From Octopus vulgaris (Eukaryota): DNA of 64,000 nucleotides. Both the position numbers and the translations under genes were made by a program. This document shows, one piece after another, positions 41,192 through 55,478 of this stretch. Below the pieces are notes generated by a model. It saw nothing but the letters and a program-made list of their open reading frames with translations. It ran no database searches and was not told the DNA's origin. The stretch is from NCBI GenBank assembly GCA_951406725.2, contig OX597837.1:28024001-28088000 (forward strand), written 5' to 3'. Each line of letters starts with the position of its first letter. Position 1 is the first letter of the stretch.

Positions 41192-42312
41192 AATCTATCT
41201 GGTAAACTTGCAAGTTCCCTCTTCCAAAGTTCACTTGCCGTGACGAAAGATACTACTCCAATACTGTTCTGACCTCGTCTACAGAATTCATACTTTTTCG
41301 TCCAAATGATTTTGAAGACTGCAGAATAAATGATAATCAGATGGGGCAATGTCCAGCAAATATTGTAAGTGGGGCGTCGTTTCCCATTTAATCTACTCCA
41401 GCCTTTGGAATGTCATCCTCGCTGTATGTGGCCGGGCATTATCCTGGTACAATAACAACTTTCGTCTTGAAATCAAAGCTGATCGTTTTTCTTCTAGGGC
41501 TGAATTAAGCCGCCTCAAGTTGCTTACAGTTGATTTCGTTTGTTATCGTTTGGTTTGGGTTAAAACATTCAAAGTAGACTAAACCTTTCATATCCCATCA
41601 AACAAATATCACCTTATGTGGGTGAAGACCTTCTTTTACCTGGAGTGCCAGTGTTTCTCCTTTCCCTACCCACTGTTTTCGGCGCTTGAGGTTTTTAAAG
41701 GGAACCAATTTCTCGTCACCAGTCACTATTCGGTTCAAAAAAAGGTTCATTCGAGAGACGTGACAGTAAAGAAAAACACACGTTCACTCTCTGTGCACGA
41801 TTAGACTCGGTAAGTTTCTGAGGAACTCATTGACTAAATTTGCTGATTTTTTCGAAGGCACGCAGGTGAATGGTTAAATGACCAAATCCAAGCTTCTCTA
41901 CTAGTTCTTCAACAGTTACGATTGGCTTTTGTTCCACCAGAGTTTGCAGGATATCCTCGTCGAGTCCTACAGATCTTCTAGGACGAGGCTCGTCTTCTAG
42001 GCTGTAGTTTCCGGGTCGGAATTTCTGGAACCACCGTTGACATTGCCTTACGCTTATTGTCCGATCCTCATATATAGCATTAATGTTCCTCGCACTTTCC
42101 GTTACGCTGTTGACTTTACTGAACTCATAAAGCAAAATATGCCGAATTTGCTGCTTTGTCACTTCCATTATAGCTTTGAAAAAATAACTGCACTCTTCAA
42201 AACGTGTACTAAGAATAAATACAAGTTGATGCAGGTAGTATATCCCGCCCCACTCCGACATTTGGCTTATGCAATTGAAAAAACCCCGCATTATTTATGG
42301 GATGATCCAATA
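41192..42312 (-). mobile_element. Decayed mariner (DD34D-type) transposon, one TIR retained
   Basis: ATG at 42168: MEVTKQQIRHILLYEF...QRWFQKFR.GNYSLEDEPR; VTGDEK, QDNARPHTA and DIAPSDYHLF motifs in broken frames; TIR tattggatcatcccataaataatgcgg ending in TA at 42312. Confidence 0.92.
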
Positions 42313-42324
42313 TATATATATATA

Positions 42325-42578
42325 TCACGTGACAGACCAGCCCATCAGATGTTGTTACACATCGCTGGTCACAATGCGTTCGCATTGTTTTAGCCTTCGA
42401 ATGACGCCACCCCGCTGGCTAAGCGAGCAGGCCAACAGAAGAAAGAGTGGTGAAATAATACAGCAGGGATCGCCACCACCTGCCGGAGCCTCGTGGAGCT
42501 TTTAGGGGTTTCCGCTCAATAAACCGCGATCCTACGACCGCGAGTCCGCTGCCCTAACCACTGGGCCATTGCGCCTCC
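42325..42578 (-). mobile_element. SINE family C, internally deleted variant
   Basis: Head matches the 11560-11692 copy. Confidence 0.8.
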
Positions 42579-42588
42579 ACACACACAC

Positions 42589-42624
<36 letters not shown>

Positions 42625-42642
42625 GTGTGTGTGTGAGGCGCA

Positions 42643-42676
<34 letters not shown>

Positions 42677-43252
42677 GGGTGTGTGTATGGAGGCGCAATA
42701 TATATATATATATATATGGATCATTATCCTGCAGGCAAACCAAAAATCCGTAGGATAATGTACTTATGTTATTTACGGTCACACAGAAAATATTCTCACG
42801 CACGCACACACGCAGAGACGTATACATGCACACCTGAACTCAACGTCACTGAACGACACTGAGTGAACATACAGGTGAACATATATACCTGAAAGAGAGA
42901 GAAAAAAAAACTAGACTTTATATTGATATCCGATATTTTCCATTCATTCATTCATTTGCAAGAGAGGGGAGGTGGTCGTGTGATCACGCCAGATCGGGAG
43001 CATATGCGTGCAAATAGAATCTGCGTCTACGTGAATATGGACGTGTTTGTAAGCACACAGGCGTACATACACGCACGCAGTACACACACACACGCACACA
43101 CGCACGCACGCACGCACACACACTCAGGCACACTCACTCAGGCACACTGACTCAGGCACGCTCACTCAGGCACGCTCACTCAGGCACGCTCACTCAGGCA
43201 CGCTCACTCAGGCACGCTCACTCACTCACTCACTCACTCACTCACTCACTCA

Positions 43253-43368
<116 letters not shown>

Positions 43369-43426
43369 TTCTCTCTCCAAAATGTAACTGCATGTGGATT
43401 ATTGGCGATCTTTTTCCTCCGTCTCC

Positions 43427-43463
43427 TGTTTCTGAAGAGGAGCTTTGCTCGAAACGTAAAACA
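43427..43463 (+). ncRNA. Minimal type I hammerhead ribozyme in a ~220-bp element (43378-43600)
   Basis: tgttt-CTGAAGA-g-GAGC-ttt-GCTC-GAAAC-GTA-aaaca; palindromic stem III ACGT; predicted cleavage after 43458. Confidence 0.75.
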
Positions 43464-44822
43464 CCCTTCCTTTCCTTCCCTGAACATCTTATTAGTACTT
43501 TGTATGTACCACCACGCCCTTGCGTTGTTGTTTTTTTCTTGTGATTTTCTCTCGTTTTCTTTTTTTTTCTTTTTTTTTTGCGGGGTGATTAATTATACAT
43601 ATATATATAACAGAGAGAGAGAGATACAATTTTACAAGATAACAGTTGATTGACTTCGAATTTTAGGCCTGCTTGCCTTCTTCGGAGCCGAAATTTCGAA
43701 GTCACTGTCTTTTCCTTATAAAATTGTAATAAACTTATATTCTATTAAAAGTATCGAGCAAGCTTCCATTTCAATGTTAAATTACTTTTATATCTAACTT
43801 GTCATAAGAGCACACACACAAACACACACGTGTGTGTGTATGTTTGCACCTAAGTATACGCACGCCAAGCCATGTATATACACAAGTCAAGCTGTCTCCT
43901 GGCACTCCTGAGTCCTTGCATGTATACACACACACATACATATTAGATAGATAGTTATAAATGCATATACATATTAATATATGCGCATATATATTAATTG
44001 CCTGTGATTGCATAAATGGCTTAAGGGCCTAAAATGGCGTGCATGGCACTTAATCAACGTGACGAATGTGATAAGAACCAGACAGGAAGCCCTTGACCCT
44101 TGAGTTATTTATGTCATTTTACAGCTAATTATATATATGTGTGTGTGTGTGTTTGGTGCATAATACTACGTAGTAAATATACAACTGCATCAAATATACC
44201 CGAGTCTCTGTAGAATGAAAACCTGATGAACGGCCCTAATCGATTTCCGATACTTACTGGGGTCTTATCAGAGATGCCTGCATCACTTGAGTAGTCCCAG
44301 AGAATCAACAAACCAATCAGTTTATACACACATCAAATGTAATGGCTTCAGATAACCGGAATTCTAATTTGCATATAATATGTATATGTGTGTATTTAGA
44401 TGTATGTATGTATATATATAAAATTAAAATTGCAGGTCATACTTTTGCAACTAGGCGATTGAAATTTCGTATAGGGAAACACTTTTTCCAAGAGAGTCAT
44501 TAGGAATTGTTTCTGATTGCGGGTATAAGTGGCGTTGCTAGTGAGTGCCGTCTGGTGCAGCCCTTGCATTTGCCACCCTTCCTTCCAGGACCCTCGTATC
44601 TACAGACGCTTATACAGTAGATCCAACCCTGCCTGTCTCACGAAAACGTCGTGCGTGGTGAAGCAACTTCTCGCCCACCCCATCAGCTACGCTAATGGGG
44701 AAGGATGCTACTGTGCGGTTTAAAAAAAGTTAGAACCGAAAATTTATCCTACACCATGGCAAAGGTAGAACTACAAAGATGCAATCTCCATTTCGTTTTC
44801 ACATTAAGAACTGAGGGACAAG

Positions 44823-44889
<67 letters not shown>

Positions 44890-45021
44890 AGTAGTTGAAT
44901 GAATTATCTTATTAAGGATAATTCGAATTAACCGATACCTGGGTAGTAAATTCACATCAGGCCGTGTGAGCAATCATCTGAAAGTTTTTTGTGCATTTTG
45001 ATGTTGACATAAGTTCCTTGC

Positions 45022-45104
45022 TTTTCCTGATGAGAAAGCGGCATAATGTACTCCTTATTCCTTCGCAATTAGGAATATGCAGCCTTCGAAACATATGTCG
45101 AAAA
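45022..45104 (+). ncRNA. Type I hammerhead ribozyme with canonical core and long stem II
   Basis: ttttc-CTGATGA-GAAAGCGGCATA...TATGCAGCCTTC-GAAAC-atat-GTC-gaaaa; predicted cleavage after 45099; AATAAA follows. The ~285-bp insert (44886-45171) is flanked by (TA)n on both sides. Confidence 0.78.
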
Positions 45105-45166
45105 TAAAGGAATTTTGTTAATTCGTCGTTCAGCTCCATTCTTTCATATATTTATATTTTCAAAAA

Positions 45167-45202
<36 letters not shown>

Positions 45203-45203
45203 T

Positions 45204-45527
45204 AGGCGCAGGAGTGGCTGTGTGGTAAGTAGCTTGTTTATCAACCACATGGTTCCGGGTTCAGTCCCACTGCGTGGCACGTTGGGCAAGTGTTTTCTTC
45301 TATAGCCTCGGGCCGACCAAAACCTTGTGAGTTAATTTGGTAGACGGAAACTGAAAGAAACCCGTCGTATATTTGTATATGTATGTATATATGTGTGTGT
45401 GCATGTGTATCTGTGTTTGTCCCCCCAAAGTCGACTCGGCGGAATTTGAACTCAGAACGTAGCGGCAGACGAAATACCTCTAAGCATTTCGTCCAGCGCG
45501 CTAATGATTCTGTCAGCTCGCCGCCTG
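45204..45527. mobile_element. SINE family A 5' half (+) abutting a family B head (-)
   Basis: 45204-45427 is family A; 45428-45527 is a reverse family B head. Confidence 0.8.
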
Positions 45528-46265
45528 TCAATCAGAAGATATTGAACCATTGAATCAGTTATTATGGTTAAGTATATCTCTACAGTGTGTATATTTGAAA
45601 CGAATTGTACTTGGACATCACAAAATGTTCCAAAATATAGGCCACGACTGTATTTCAAATTTTTAGGATGGAACAATTCCGAAAGAATCTGCACCATTCT
45701 TGAACAATCTGAAGATTGTCAGTAACTTTTTATTTGAAAATGTAGTAAATTATTGTGATTACATTTTAATTTACGTAAATTACGTATATCCAGGACAAGG
45801 CTAAAGAATGTTGGTAGTGTTTGGCTATGTTATCCACTACTGGTCTAGCCTAATTTATGACTCTTTTACATAGGAATCTAGGTACGTCTTCTGTTAGGAG
45901 CAGCAGCAAACGGTAAGACGAGCTGTCAGGAAACTTCGTCTTTTTTCCGCACATCAATGATATAGAAAGAATGTGTGCACATTCTTATTTAATCCACAAT
46001 GGGTCATAAAATAATGTTTACATCTCCGTTCTGCTGTATGCTGTCGTTCATGGAAAGTGTGTGTGTGTATGAGAGAGAGAGAGAGAGACTCCGCAATCGT
46101 TATCTTGTGTTTACTTTTGTTGATTCGGTAAGTGGTTTGGAACGAAGATCCCAGCCTTTGCGTAACTCTTCTAGCTTTTCTGCTGATGTGTGTGTGTGTG
46201 TGGGGGGCATGTGCAGGTCTGTGTGTGTGTGTATATGTATATATATATATGTGCGTGTATGTATG

Positions 46266-46296
<31 letters not shown>

Positions 46297-46343
46297 ATAT
46301 ATGTGCGTGTATGTATGTATATATATATATATATATGTGCGTG

Positions 46344-46374
<31 letters not shown>

Positions 46375-46702
46375 GTGCGTGTATGTATATATATATGTCT
46401 GTGTATGTGTATATATATATGTCTGTGTATGTGTATATATATATGTCTATGTATGTATATATATATATGTGTATGTGTATATCTATATGTCTGTGTATGT
46501 ATGTGTATATATATGTCTGTGTATGTATGTGTATATATATGTCTGTGTATGTATGTGTATATATATGTCTGTGTATGTATGTGTATATATATGTCTGTGT
46601 ATGAATGTGTATATATATGTCTGTGTATGTATGTGTATATATATGTCTGTATGAATGTGTATATATATGTCTGTGTATATATGTATGTATATATATATAT
46701 AC

Positions 46703-46736
<34 letters not shown>

Positions 46737-46763
46737 ATTTATATATATGTGTGTGTGTGTATT

Positions 46764-46794
<31 letters not shown>

Positions 46795-46851
46795 ATTTAT
46801 GTATATATGTGTGTGTATGTGAGTATATATATGTGTATATGTCTGTGTGCG

Positions 46852-46883
<32 letters not shown>

Positions 46884-47674
46884 CATATATAAATTTCTGT
46901 ATTGAGCTCAGTATTTCTGATTTGTAATAACCAAACTTAGATATATGTGGGTGGGTGGTGTTTAAAACATAATGTTGCTTTGTATTGAACGAAAGTCGAG
47001 GAATATATCTTGTCTTTTGGAATGTTAAGCACTATACCATTTCCTATAATCCCTCATTAATTCTATTTCTTTTTCGCTTTTCGTTACGGCATTCACTCAT
47101 TCTTTACAAGTTCCGTAATGGAGGAAGTTATCTTCCACACATATTTAACCAATATCTCACACCTCTTTAACAATCCTACAGCTAGTCCATCCACCCCACT
47201 TTCTATCTGTTCTCCATACACATACTTAGAAGAGGGAAGGCGAATAGAATCGTGTGCTCGTTAGAAGCAGGAATTTTCAGCCAAATTTAGAAATACTATA
47301 GAATTTATTATAGTATTGATACTATGTATTTATATGTATATCTATGTGTTTATGTTTATGTTTTCCAGTTTCAGCTCTTGAGCTGTGGCCATGCTGGGGC
47401 ACCGCCATGTGTGTATGCATATCTATAAATGTATGCAACTTGACTACAGTAGTTTTAATTTCTACTTTTATATTCAAATTATATATGCATGTATGTATGT
47501 GTGTATGTATGTATGTATGTATGTCAGTGCATAGAAGTGCGTTTTTGCAGCTGTGAGGGTCTTTGACTGTTATGTCTAGCAATGTAAGGGCTACCCTGCG
47601 CCCTTAGTCACAATTAGTGACAACTGAAGTTTCCCTTCTTTCGTTTTATACAACGTATAGCCGCCTGCATTATG

Positions 47675-47716
<42 letters not shown>

Positions 47717-48133
47717 GAATTAGAGAAAAACCACAATTATGCAATTCAAACAATGATAGATATAAACCAAATCATAAAGAAAAAATAAAATATATTATAA
47801 GACATAACTAGATCACAAAAAGTACAAAAATGAATAAACAATATATAAGTAAAAAGAATTTTTCCCTATAAGTTTGGAGTTATACTCCCTATTATTATTA
47901 TTATATATATATACACACATATATATATATATATATAATTTTTAAAATATTTAAAAAATATAAAAATTTATAAATATAAATTAAAAAAATTTAAATTTAA
48001 ATATTTTAAATTTTATATTTTATATATTTGTATATTATATTAATTATGTTTATTTTTATGTTTTGGTTTGTTTTTCATTGTTTGATTGGCCTAATAGTGG
48101 TTTCATCTCTAATTTAATTTATATATATATATA

Positions 48134-48173
<40 letters not shown>

Positions 48174-48874
48174 TTAGAGAATTTCTTGAAAAATTTTGAA
48201 AAATACTTAGAGATAAAGATAGGGTTGGTCAACGACATGGGTATGTTCACACATACCATATACATGTAACATTCACACACACATACCCATATATACATTT
48301 GGAGAATTATACATGTCTACCATATATACATACATACGTACGTACGAGCACATTTAGTCAGTCTATCGTTTGTATACTTCACGTCATCTTTTCAATATAT
48401 TCCTGCACTTCTCTCTCTCTCTCCCCACTTCTATTGATCGTTCGATTTCTCAGCCAGTTCTATCTTGTACTATTGCAACTGTCTCTTACTATTTGCCTTG
48501 CTGTTCGTCACTCTATCTGGTTTCTCTCCAAAATTATCAATCAATAAATAAACGCGTGTGTGTGTGTGTGTTATGTGTGTATAAAACAGTACCCCGCTAG
48601 ATCTACTACTGTTACTACTTACAAGTTAAAATGGTGGATATCTTGAAAGCCTTACTACTACTCCTACTACTCCTACTACTTTCCTTCCTGCGAGACACCT
48701 CGAAAGGTTCCTGATAACAACGCTAAGTGTATTGATTTTGCCACCACAATAGAGACCAGTAAATCTGTGATATACAGAGGCGAGTTAGACTGTTACATAG
48801 ATAGATAGATAGATAGATAGATGGATAGATAGAAAGATAGATGGATAGAAAGATAGATAGAAAGATAGATGGAT

Positions 48875-48914
<40 letters not shown>

Positions 48915-49059
48915 GGATAGACTTATCAATAGACGGATAGGTAACTAGGTTGGACAAGTAGTCAGATTGGTTGATAGGTAAATAGAGGTGTGTGTATGTA
49001 TGGGTACTGATAAATAGCTGTGTGCGTGTGTATAGATAGATAGAAGTGCATTATGTATA

Positions 49060-49483
49060 TATGTGTGTGTATATATGTGTGTGTGAATGTGTATATATAT
49101 GTGTGTGTACGCATAAATGTGTGTATATATATATGTGTGTATATATGTGTATGTGTGTATGTATATATATATGAGTATGTATATATATATATATGAGTAT
49201 GTATATATATGTGTGTGTGTGTATGTATATATATGTGTGTGTGTATATATATATATATATGTGTGTATATATATATGTGTGTGTGTGTATATATATATAT
49301 GTGTGTGTATATATATGTGTGTGTATATATATATATATGTGTGTGTGTGTGTATATATATATATGTGTGTGTATATATATATGTGTGTGTATATATATGT
49401 GTGTATATATATATATGTGTGTGTGTATATGTGTGTGTGTATATATATATATATGTGTGTGTGTATATATATATGTGTGTGTG

Positions 49484-49580
<97 letters not shown>

Positions 49581-49722
49581 ATATATATATATGTGTGTAT
49601 ATATATATATGTGTGTGTATATATATATATATGTGTGTATATATATATGTGTGTGTATATATATATATGTGTGTGTGTATATATATATATGTGTGTGTGT
49701 GTGTATATATATGTGTGTGTGT

Positions 49723-49773
<51 letters not shown>

Positions 49774-49815
49774 TATATATATATATATGTGTGTGTGTGT
49801 GTATATATATATATA

Positions 49816-49864
<49 letters not shown>

Positions 49865-49899
49865 ATATGTGTGTGTGTATATATATATGTGTGTGTGTG

Positions 49900-49944
<45 letters not shown>

Positions 49945-50183
49945 GTGTGTGTGTATATATATATGTGTGTGTATATATATATATGTGTGTGTATATATAT
50001 ATATATATGTGTGTGTGTGTATATATATATGTGTGTGTGTGTGTATATATATATGTGTGTGTGTCTATGTATGTATGTATATATATATATATATATGTAT
50101 GTGTATATATATTTATATATATATGTATATATGTATATATATATGTGTGTGTGTGTATATATGTGTGTGTGTGTGTATATGTG

Positions 50184-50225
<42 letters not shown>
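49060..50225. repeat. Compound (TA)n/(TG)n tract
   Basis: Direct reading; similar tracts at 37430-37890 and 46210-46890. Confidence 0.97.
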
Positions 50226-50228
<3 letters not shown>

Positions 50229-50802
50229 AACAGGTAGTTTGTAGGTAGATATGCATCTATTTAGGTGGATAGATATATAGTCAAGGTATTACTCGACTGG
50301 TGGTTGAGCAGATAAGGTCGCAGATAAGACCTCGTAGAACGAATGAATGTTTATGTCATATCTGAACCATTTATTTATTCATTCAATAATTTATTTATTC
50401 AACTGTACTTGCTTGGAAAGCTCGAGTATGATGGAAAAGAGAAATAGAGAGAGGAGGAGGAGGAAGCGGTTGAGATTGAGTGGTAGAAAATGATTTTGAA
50501 TGGGACACTGTATGAGAGAGAAAAGGGAGAGAGGTTCAAGAAAGGTGGAAGAGAAGTGAGTGTGAATGAATTAAGCATTAGCAGAGAGTGGGAGGAAGAA
50601 GAGCAGCAACGCAACGGAAAAGTAGAGAGAGAACGGTAAAAAGAAAATAAATCTGGGAGGGAGGGAGAACGAGAGAGAAAGAAAAAATGGAGAGAGAGTG
50701 AGGTAGTGGAAAGGTTCAATACGAGAGATAGGACGGAACTAGGAAAAGTGGAGGGGAGGAGGAAAACCCGAATATGTCTCAGAAAATGAGACACACATAG
50801 GC

Positions 50803-50922
50803 GGGGTTCAGTCCCGCTGCGTGGCATCTTGGGCAAGTGTCTTCTGCTATAGCCTCGGGCCGACCAAAGCCTTGTGAGTGGATTTGGTAGACGGAAACTG
50901 AAAGAAGCCTGCCGTATATATG

Positions 50923-50954
<32 letters not shown>

Positions 50955-51163
50955 ATGTGTTTGCGTGTCTGTGTTTGTCCCCCTAGCATTGCTTGACAAC
51001 CGATGCTGGTGTGTTTACGTCCCCGTCACCTAGCGGTTCGGCAAAAGAGACCGATAGAATAAGTACTGGGCTTACAAAGAATAAGTCCCGGGGTCGATTT
51101 GCTCGACTAAAGGCGGTGCTCCAGCATGGCCGCAGTCAAATGACTGAAACAAGTAAAAGAGTA
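50803..51163 (+). mobile_element. SINE family A, 5' truncated
   Basis: Sequence identity to family A. Confidence 0.9.
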
Positions 51164-51350
51164 CACACAGTGTGAGCGCGTACGTGTGCGTAAAAATGGG
51201 TATGTGCGAATGTGTGTGCAACTATGAGATGGAAAAAAAATGCTGATTATTTTTTTTTCAGTTAGTTTAAGGGGAAAGGATACACATCGTCACATCGCTG
51301 AAAACTGGGTCTTTGAATTCGCTGGTACTACATTCTACTGACAATAACAT

Positions 51351-51934
51351 ATTCTTTTCTGCTCTAGGCACAAGGCCCGAAATTTTGGGGGAGGGGGGTC
51401 AGTCGATTACATTCACCCCAGTACGCAACTGGTACTTAATTTATCGACCCCAAAAGGATGAAAGGCAAAGTCTACCTCGGTGGTATTTGAACTCAGAACG
51501 CAAAGACAGACGAAATACCTATTTCTTTTCTACCCACAAGGGGCTAAACACAGGGGACAAACAAGGACAGACAAACGGATTAAGTCGATTATATCAACCC
51601 CAGTACGTAACTGGTACTTAATTTATCGACCCCGAAAGGATGAAAGGCAAAGTCGACCTCGGCGGAATTTGAACTCAGAACGTAGCGGCAGACGAAATAC
51701 CTATTTCTTTACTACCCACAAGGGGCTAAACACAGAGAGGACAAACAAGGACAGACAAACGGATTAAGTCGATTATATCGACCCCAGTGCGTAACTGGTA
51801 CTTAATTTATCGACCCCGAAAGGATGAAAGGTAAAGCCGACTTCGGCGGAATTTGAACTCAGAACGTAACGGCAGATGAATTACGGCTACGCATTTCGCC
51901 CGGCGTGCTAACGTTTCTGCCAGCTCGCCGCCTT
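51351..51934 (-). mobile_element. SINE family B trimer inside a single TSD
   Basis: Junctions at 51519/51520 and 51701/51702; TSD ctg(a/c)caataacat at 51338-51350 and 51935-51947. Confidence 0.88.
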
Positions 51935-52862
51935 CTGCCAATAACATTCACCAAACACCTATTCTTTAACTGACAGATCAGACTATTAGTCAATGATGTT
52001 CCAGCCACCACAGATCCTTCGCTATTAATAGAATTGGCAGTGCGTCCTCGTTTCTCTCTCTGTTTGTCCGTCCTTCAAAGAGAAAGATTCACTTTGATCT
52101 TAATGGATTTATCTTCATCTAGTGGTTTAGTGATATCAACAGGTAACTTTGGGAAGGTACTTCTACGATTATTGATGTTATCAGCAATGCTTAGCGGTAT
52201 TTCGCCAGTTATGTTTCGAGTTCAATTTCACCGAGGTCGACTTTGCCATTCATTCTGTCGGGGTCGATAAAATAAGTATTAGTCATGCACTGCAGTCTAT
52301 TACATTGACTTACTCCCCCCCTCAACTTTCAAACCTTGTGCCTATAATAGAAAGGATTATTATTAATGGTAACTTAAACGGCAGTGCGCTGACAGTTTCG
52401 TTAGAGCGTCTGCAAAAACTGTCACCTGGCATTTCTTCCGACATCCCGATTTCAAATCCCGCTTCTGCCAACTTTTGCATTTTATCATTTCGAGGTCGAT
52501 AAAATAAAGTACCATGCAAGTACTGAAACCGTTGTAATCGTCTAACGCCCTTCCCTTAAATTTTCTTGCCTCGTGCCTAAATCAAAAACCATTATTATTG
52601 TTAGCATATTTCATATATGCAAATGAGAAATTTCGTTTTGATTTATTTTTACTTTAATTATTCTTAATTTAGGAAATTAGTATTAGATTCATAAATATAT
52701 ATTCAACCATGGAATTTTCAAGCAGTAAATTTATAATTATTGTTTCATTGATTGATATAAATATTGTATGTATGTAACATTAGCTGATATTACAATCAGG
52801 GCAAAAATATATTTCCAACGATTTCATTCATATTATGGGTAAAATTCTAGTTTATGCATATA

Positions 52863-53225
52863 CTAGCAGTATCGCCCGGCGTTGCTCAGGTTTGTAAGGG
52901 AAATAACTATAAAGCATTTTTAGAGTTATAGCCAAAAAATGGATGGTAAATTATTTTTTGAGAGTTAAAAAAGGTCGAGTTGCGTCCCCATGACAGTTTG
53001 TGGTTTGTGTTTCTGATTCTCGACCCCATGTCGAATTTATCGATTTTTTTCAGAACTGGGGGAACTTTTCAAAATTTTCGCTGCGTTAGTTTTGAATTAT
53101 GACATTGGGCTATGTGTGTGTCAAGTTTCATCAGAATCGGTTGAAAGCAGTGGTCAGGGTGAGGGTACAACCAAACAGACACACAGAAACACACACAGAC
53201 AAACTGCCGTTTATATAGAGAGAGA
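52863..53225 (-). mobile_element. Non-autonomous Helitron-like element
   Basis: CTAG terminus with subterminal hairpin; shares its 5' ~200 bp with 20810-21324. Confidence 0.8.
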
Positions 53226-54227
53226 TGATGTAATACACGCATGATCAATGGATATCTTCTGAAATCTATGTCACACTAAATTGTGATTGTCCGTTCTTGT
53301 TTTACATATATAAGCTGCAAGCCAGATGATGAGCTGTGATTTGGGCTACCTCTATTGACCACTAATGGGAGGGTGTTACATTTCAGGGTCAAAATACCCG
53401 ATCATAGTTGGATTCCGTCCGATGACATGAATTCCCCTTCGCCATAGCCCCATTCACTTTGATGAGTAGAAAAGTAGAACCTTCTGCTTGGTGTTATCAG
53501 TAACATAAATCACTGTATTGACCAGACTATCGGATGTTGTTGCACACCGCTGATCACAATGTGCTTCCCCGCATTGTGGTAGCTTTTAAATGATGCCACA
53601 CCGCTAACTAGGCGGGCAGGACACACAAACACACACATGGCTGTTTTTACGTAGGTAGTGTGATTTGACTGTTGTCTCTACTAATCAAGGTCAGGCGATC
53701 AAGATCAATTAACCACATTTGAGACCTCTCCGTTGGAGTGTGGTCTTGAGGTATAATTACATATGACAAGATCAAATTTTTTCTTTGATATTTAAAAAAA
53801 AAACTTTATTAAATAGTCCTCACAAAAGCTATATATTTCAAACAACCAGAGATACGTACACCTAGCGCAGACAACAATAACAATACATTTTAAGGTATAA
53901 TATTCTCACTTGCTGTCGAAATAGGCAATGCATAAAAAGAGTGTTTGATTAATAGAGATAGTTGATGCCTTCCTCATAAAGTGAAGCCGCAGCAGAAACT
54001 AACCCTCAACGATATGACACCAGTCCTTGTTGCAAGTGGTCGACCCAGAAACTGGTGCTCGAGTTAGTTAATAGGTCTGTGTAGTTGAGAGGAAATAGGA
54101 CGGATGCTCACACACATTTTGGTTTATTTATTTCATGATAACACTGTGAAACAGAATTACTATTTTTTTCTTTGGTCTTTCTATCCTATTTACTTTTGTC
54201 TAGAAATCAAAGGAAATGACTCGTTCC

Positions 54228-54521
54228 CTTCAAACTTTGCTTTTGTGACCTGGATGTCAATGCTTTGAAACTGACCTATTTTCCCCATTACATTTCAGAC
54301 GTGCAGCTCTGAATTGCTGAAGCAGAAATATCGTTATAACAAATATTCTACTCAATTCCTCAGATCTGCTTGTCAGTTGTTTGATTGCAACCACTTGAGA
54401 ATATCCCTTAGTGGCCGACAATATGTGCATCTCTGAGTAGGAGTAGTAGGGGAGCATCATAGCCATGTGTTGAGATGGAATGTTTGGGATTTCAATAAAT
54501 GTCACAAAAGCAAAGTCTGAA
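54228..54521. mobile_element. MITE with ~22-bp inverted termini
   Basis: cttcaaactttgcttttgtgac ... gtcacaaaagcaaagtctgaag. Confidence 0.65.
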
Positions 54522-54795
54522 GAAAATATCAGCCATTTTTCATACTTTATCAGAGTAAACAAATAGGAAATAACAGTTGATATCCAAGGGAAATAATCGT
54601 GTTACACAGTCTTTTTTCAATTCACGTATCACATGTGAGAAATATCAAGCTATATGAATACAGATATAATATAGTGTACTCTGTATATACTCATACAAGA
54701 GTGTACTCAATGAACAAGTGATGTATTCTGTGTTCACGATATCGATACATATTACCTAGAAGTGTGTGTTGGTATACATATGTATGTGGGTGCGA

Positions 54796-54858
<63 letters not shown>

Positions 54859-54861
<3 letters not shown>

Positions 54862-55050
54862 AAAGTTTACGAAAAAAAACAAAAGACGAAGACAGGTGGT
54901 ATACAAAACAAACAGATGTATTAGTATAGCGCTCAGGAATAGAAAAAGTCTTTTACGTTTCGAGCCTACGCTCTTCTACAGAAAGGGACAGAAAAAACAA
55001 GGAGAGAAAAAAAATGTGTGTAGTGGCTAACGATCTATCATGGTGTCTCG
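54859..55050 (-). mobile_element. Variant-hammerhead element, copy 3
   Basis: CTGTAGA core motif at 54948-54989 (-). Confidence 0.75.
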
Positions 55051-55060
55051 TATATATATA

Positions 55061-55448
55061 CTAGCAGTATCGCCCGGCGTTGCTCAGGTTTGTAAGGGAA
55101 ATAACTATAAAGCATCTTTAGAGAGTTATAGCCAAAAAATAGCAAAAAAATGGAAAAAAAATGATCGTAAATTTTTTTTTTGAGAGTAAAAAAAGGTTAA
55201 GTTGCGTCCCCTAGACAGTCTGTGGTTTGTTTTTTTTTATTCTCGACCCCATGTCGAATTTATCGATTTTTTTCAGAACTGGGGGAACTTTTCAAAATTT
55301 TCGCTGCGTTAGTTTTGAATTATGACATTGGGCTATGCGTGTGTCAAGTTTCATCAGAATCGGTTGAAAGCCGTGGTCAGGGTGAGGGTACGAGAAAACA
55401 GACACACAGAAACACGCACAGACAAACTGCCGTTTATATATAGAGAGA
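55061..55448 (-). mobile_element. Non-autonomous Helitron-like element
   Basis: Near-identical to 52863-53225. Confidence 0.8.
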
Positions 55449-55478
55449 TATATATATATCATACATACATATATATAT

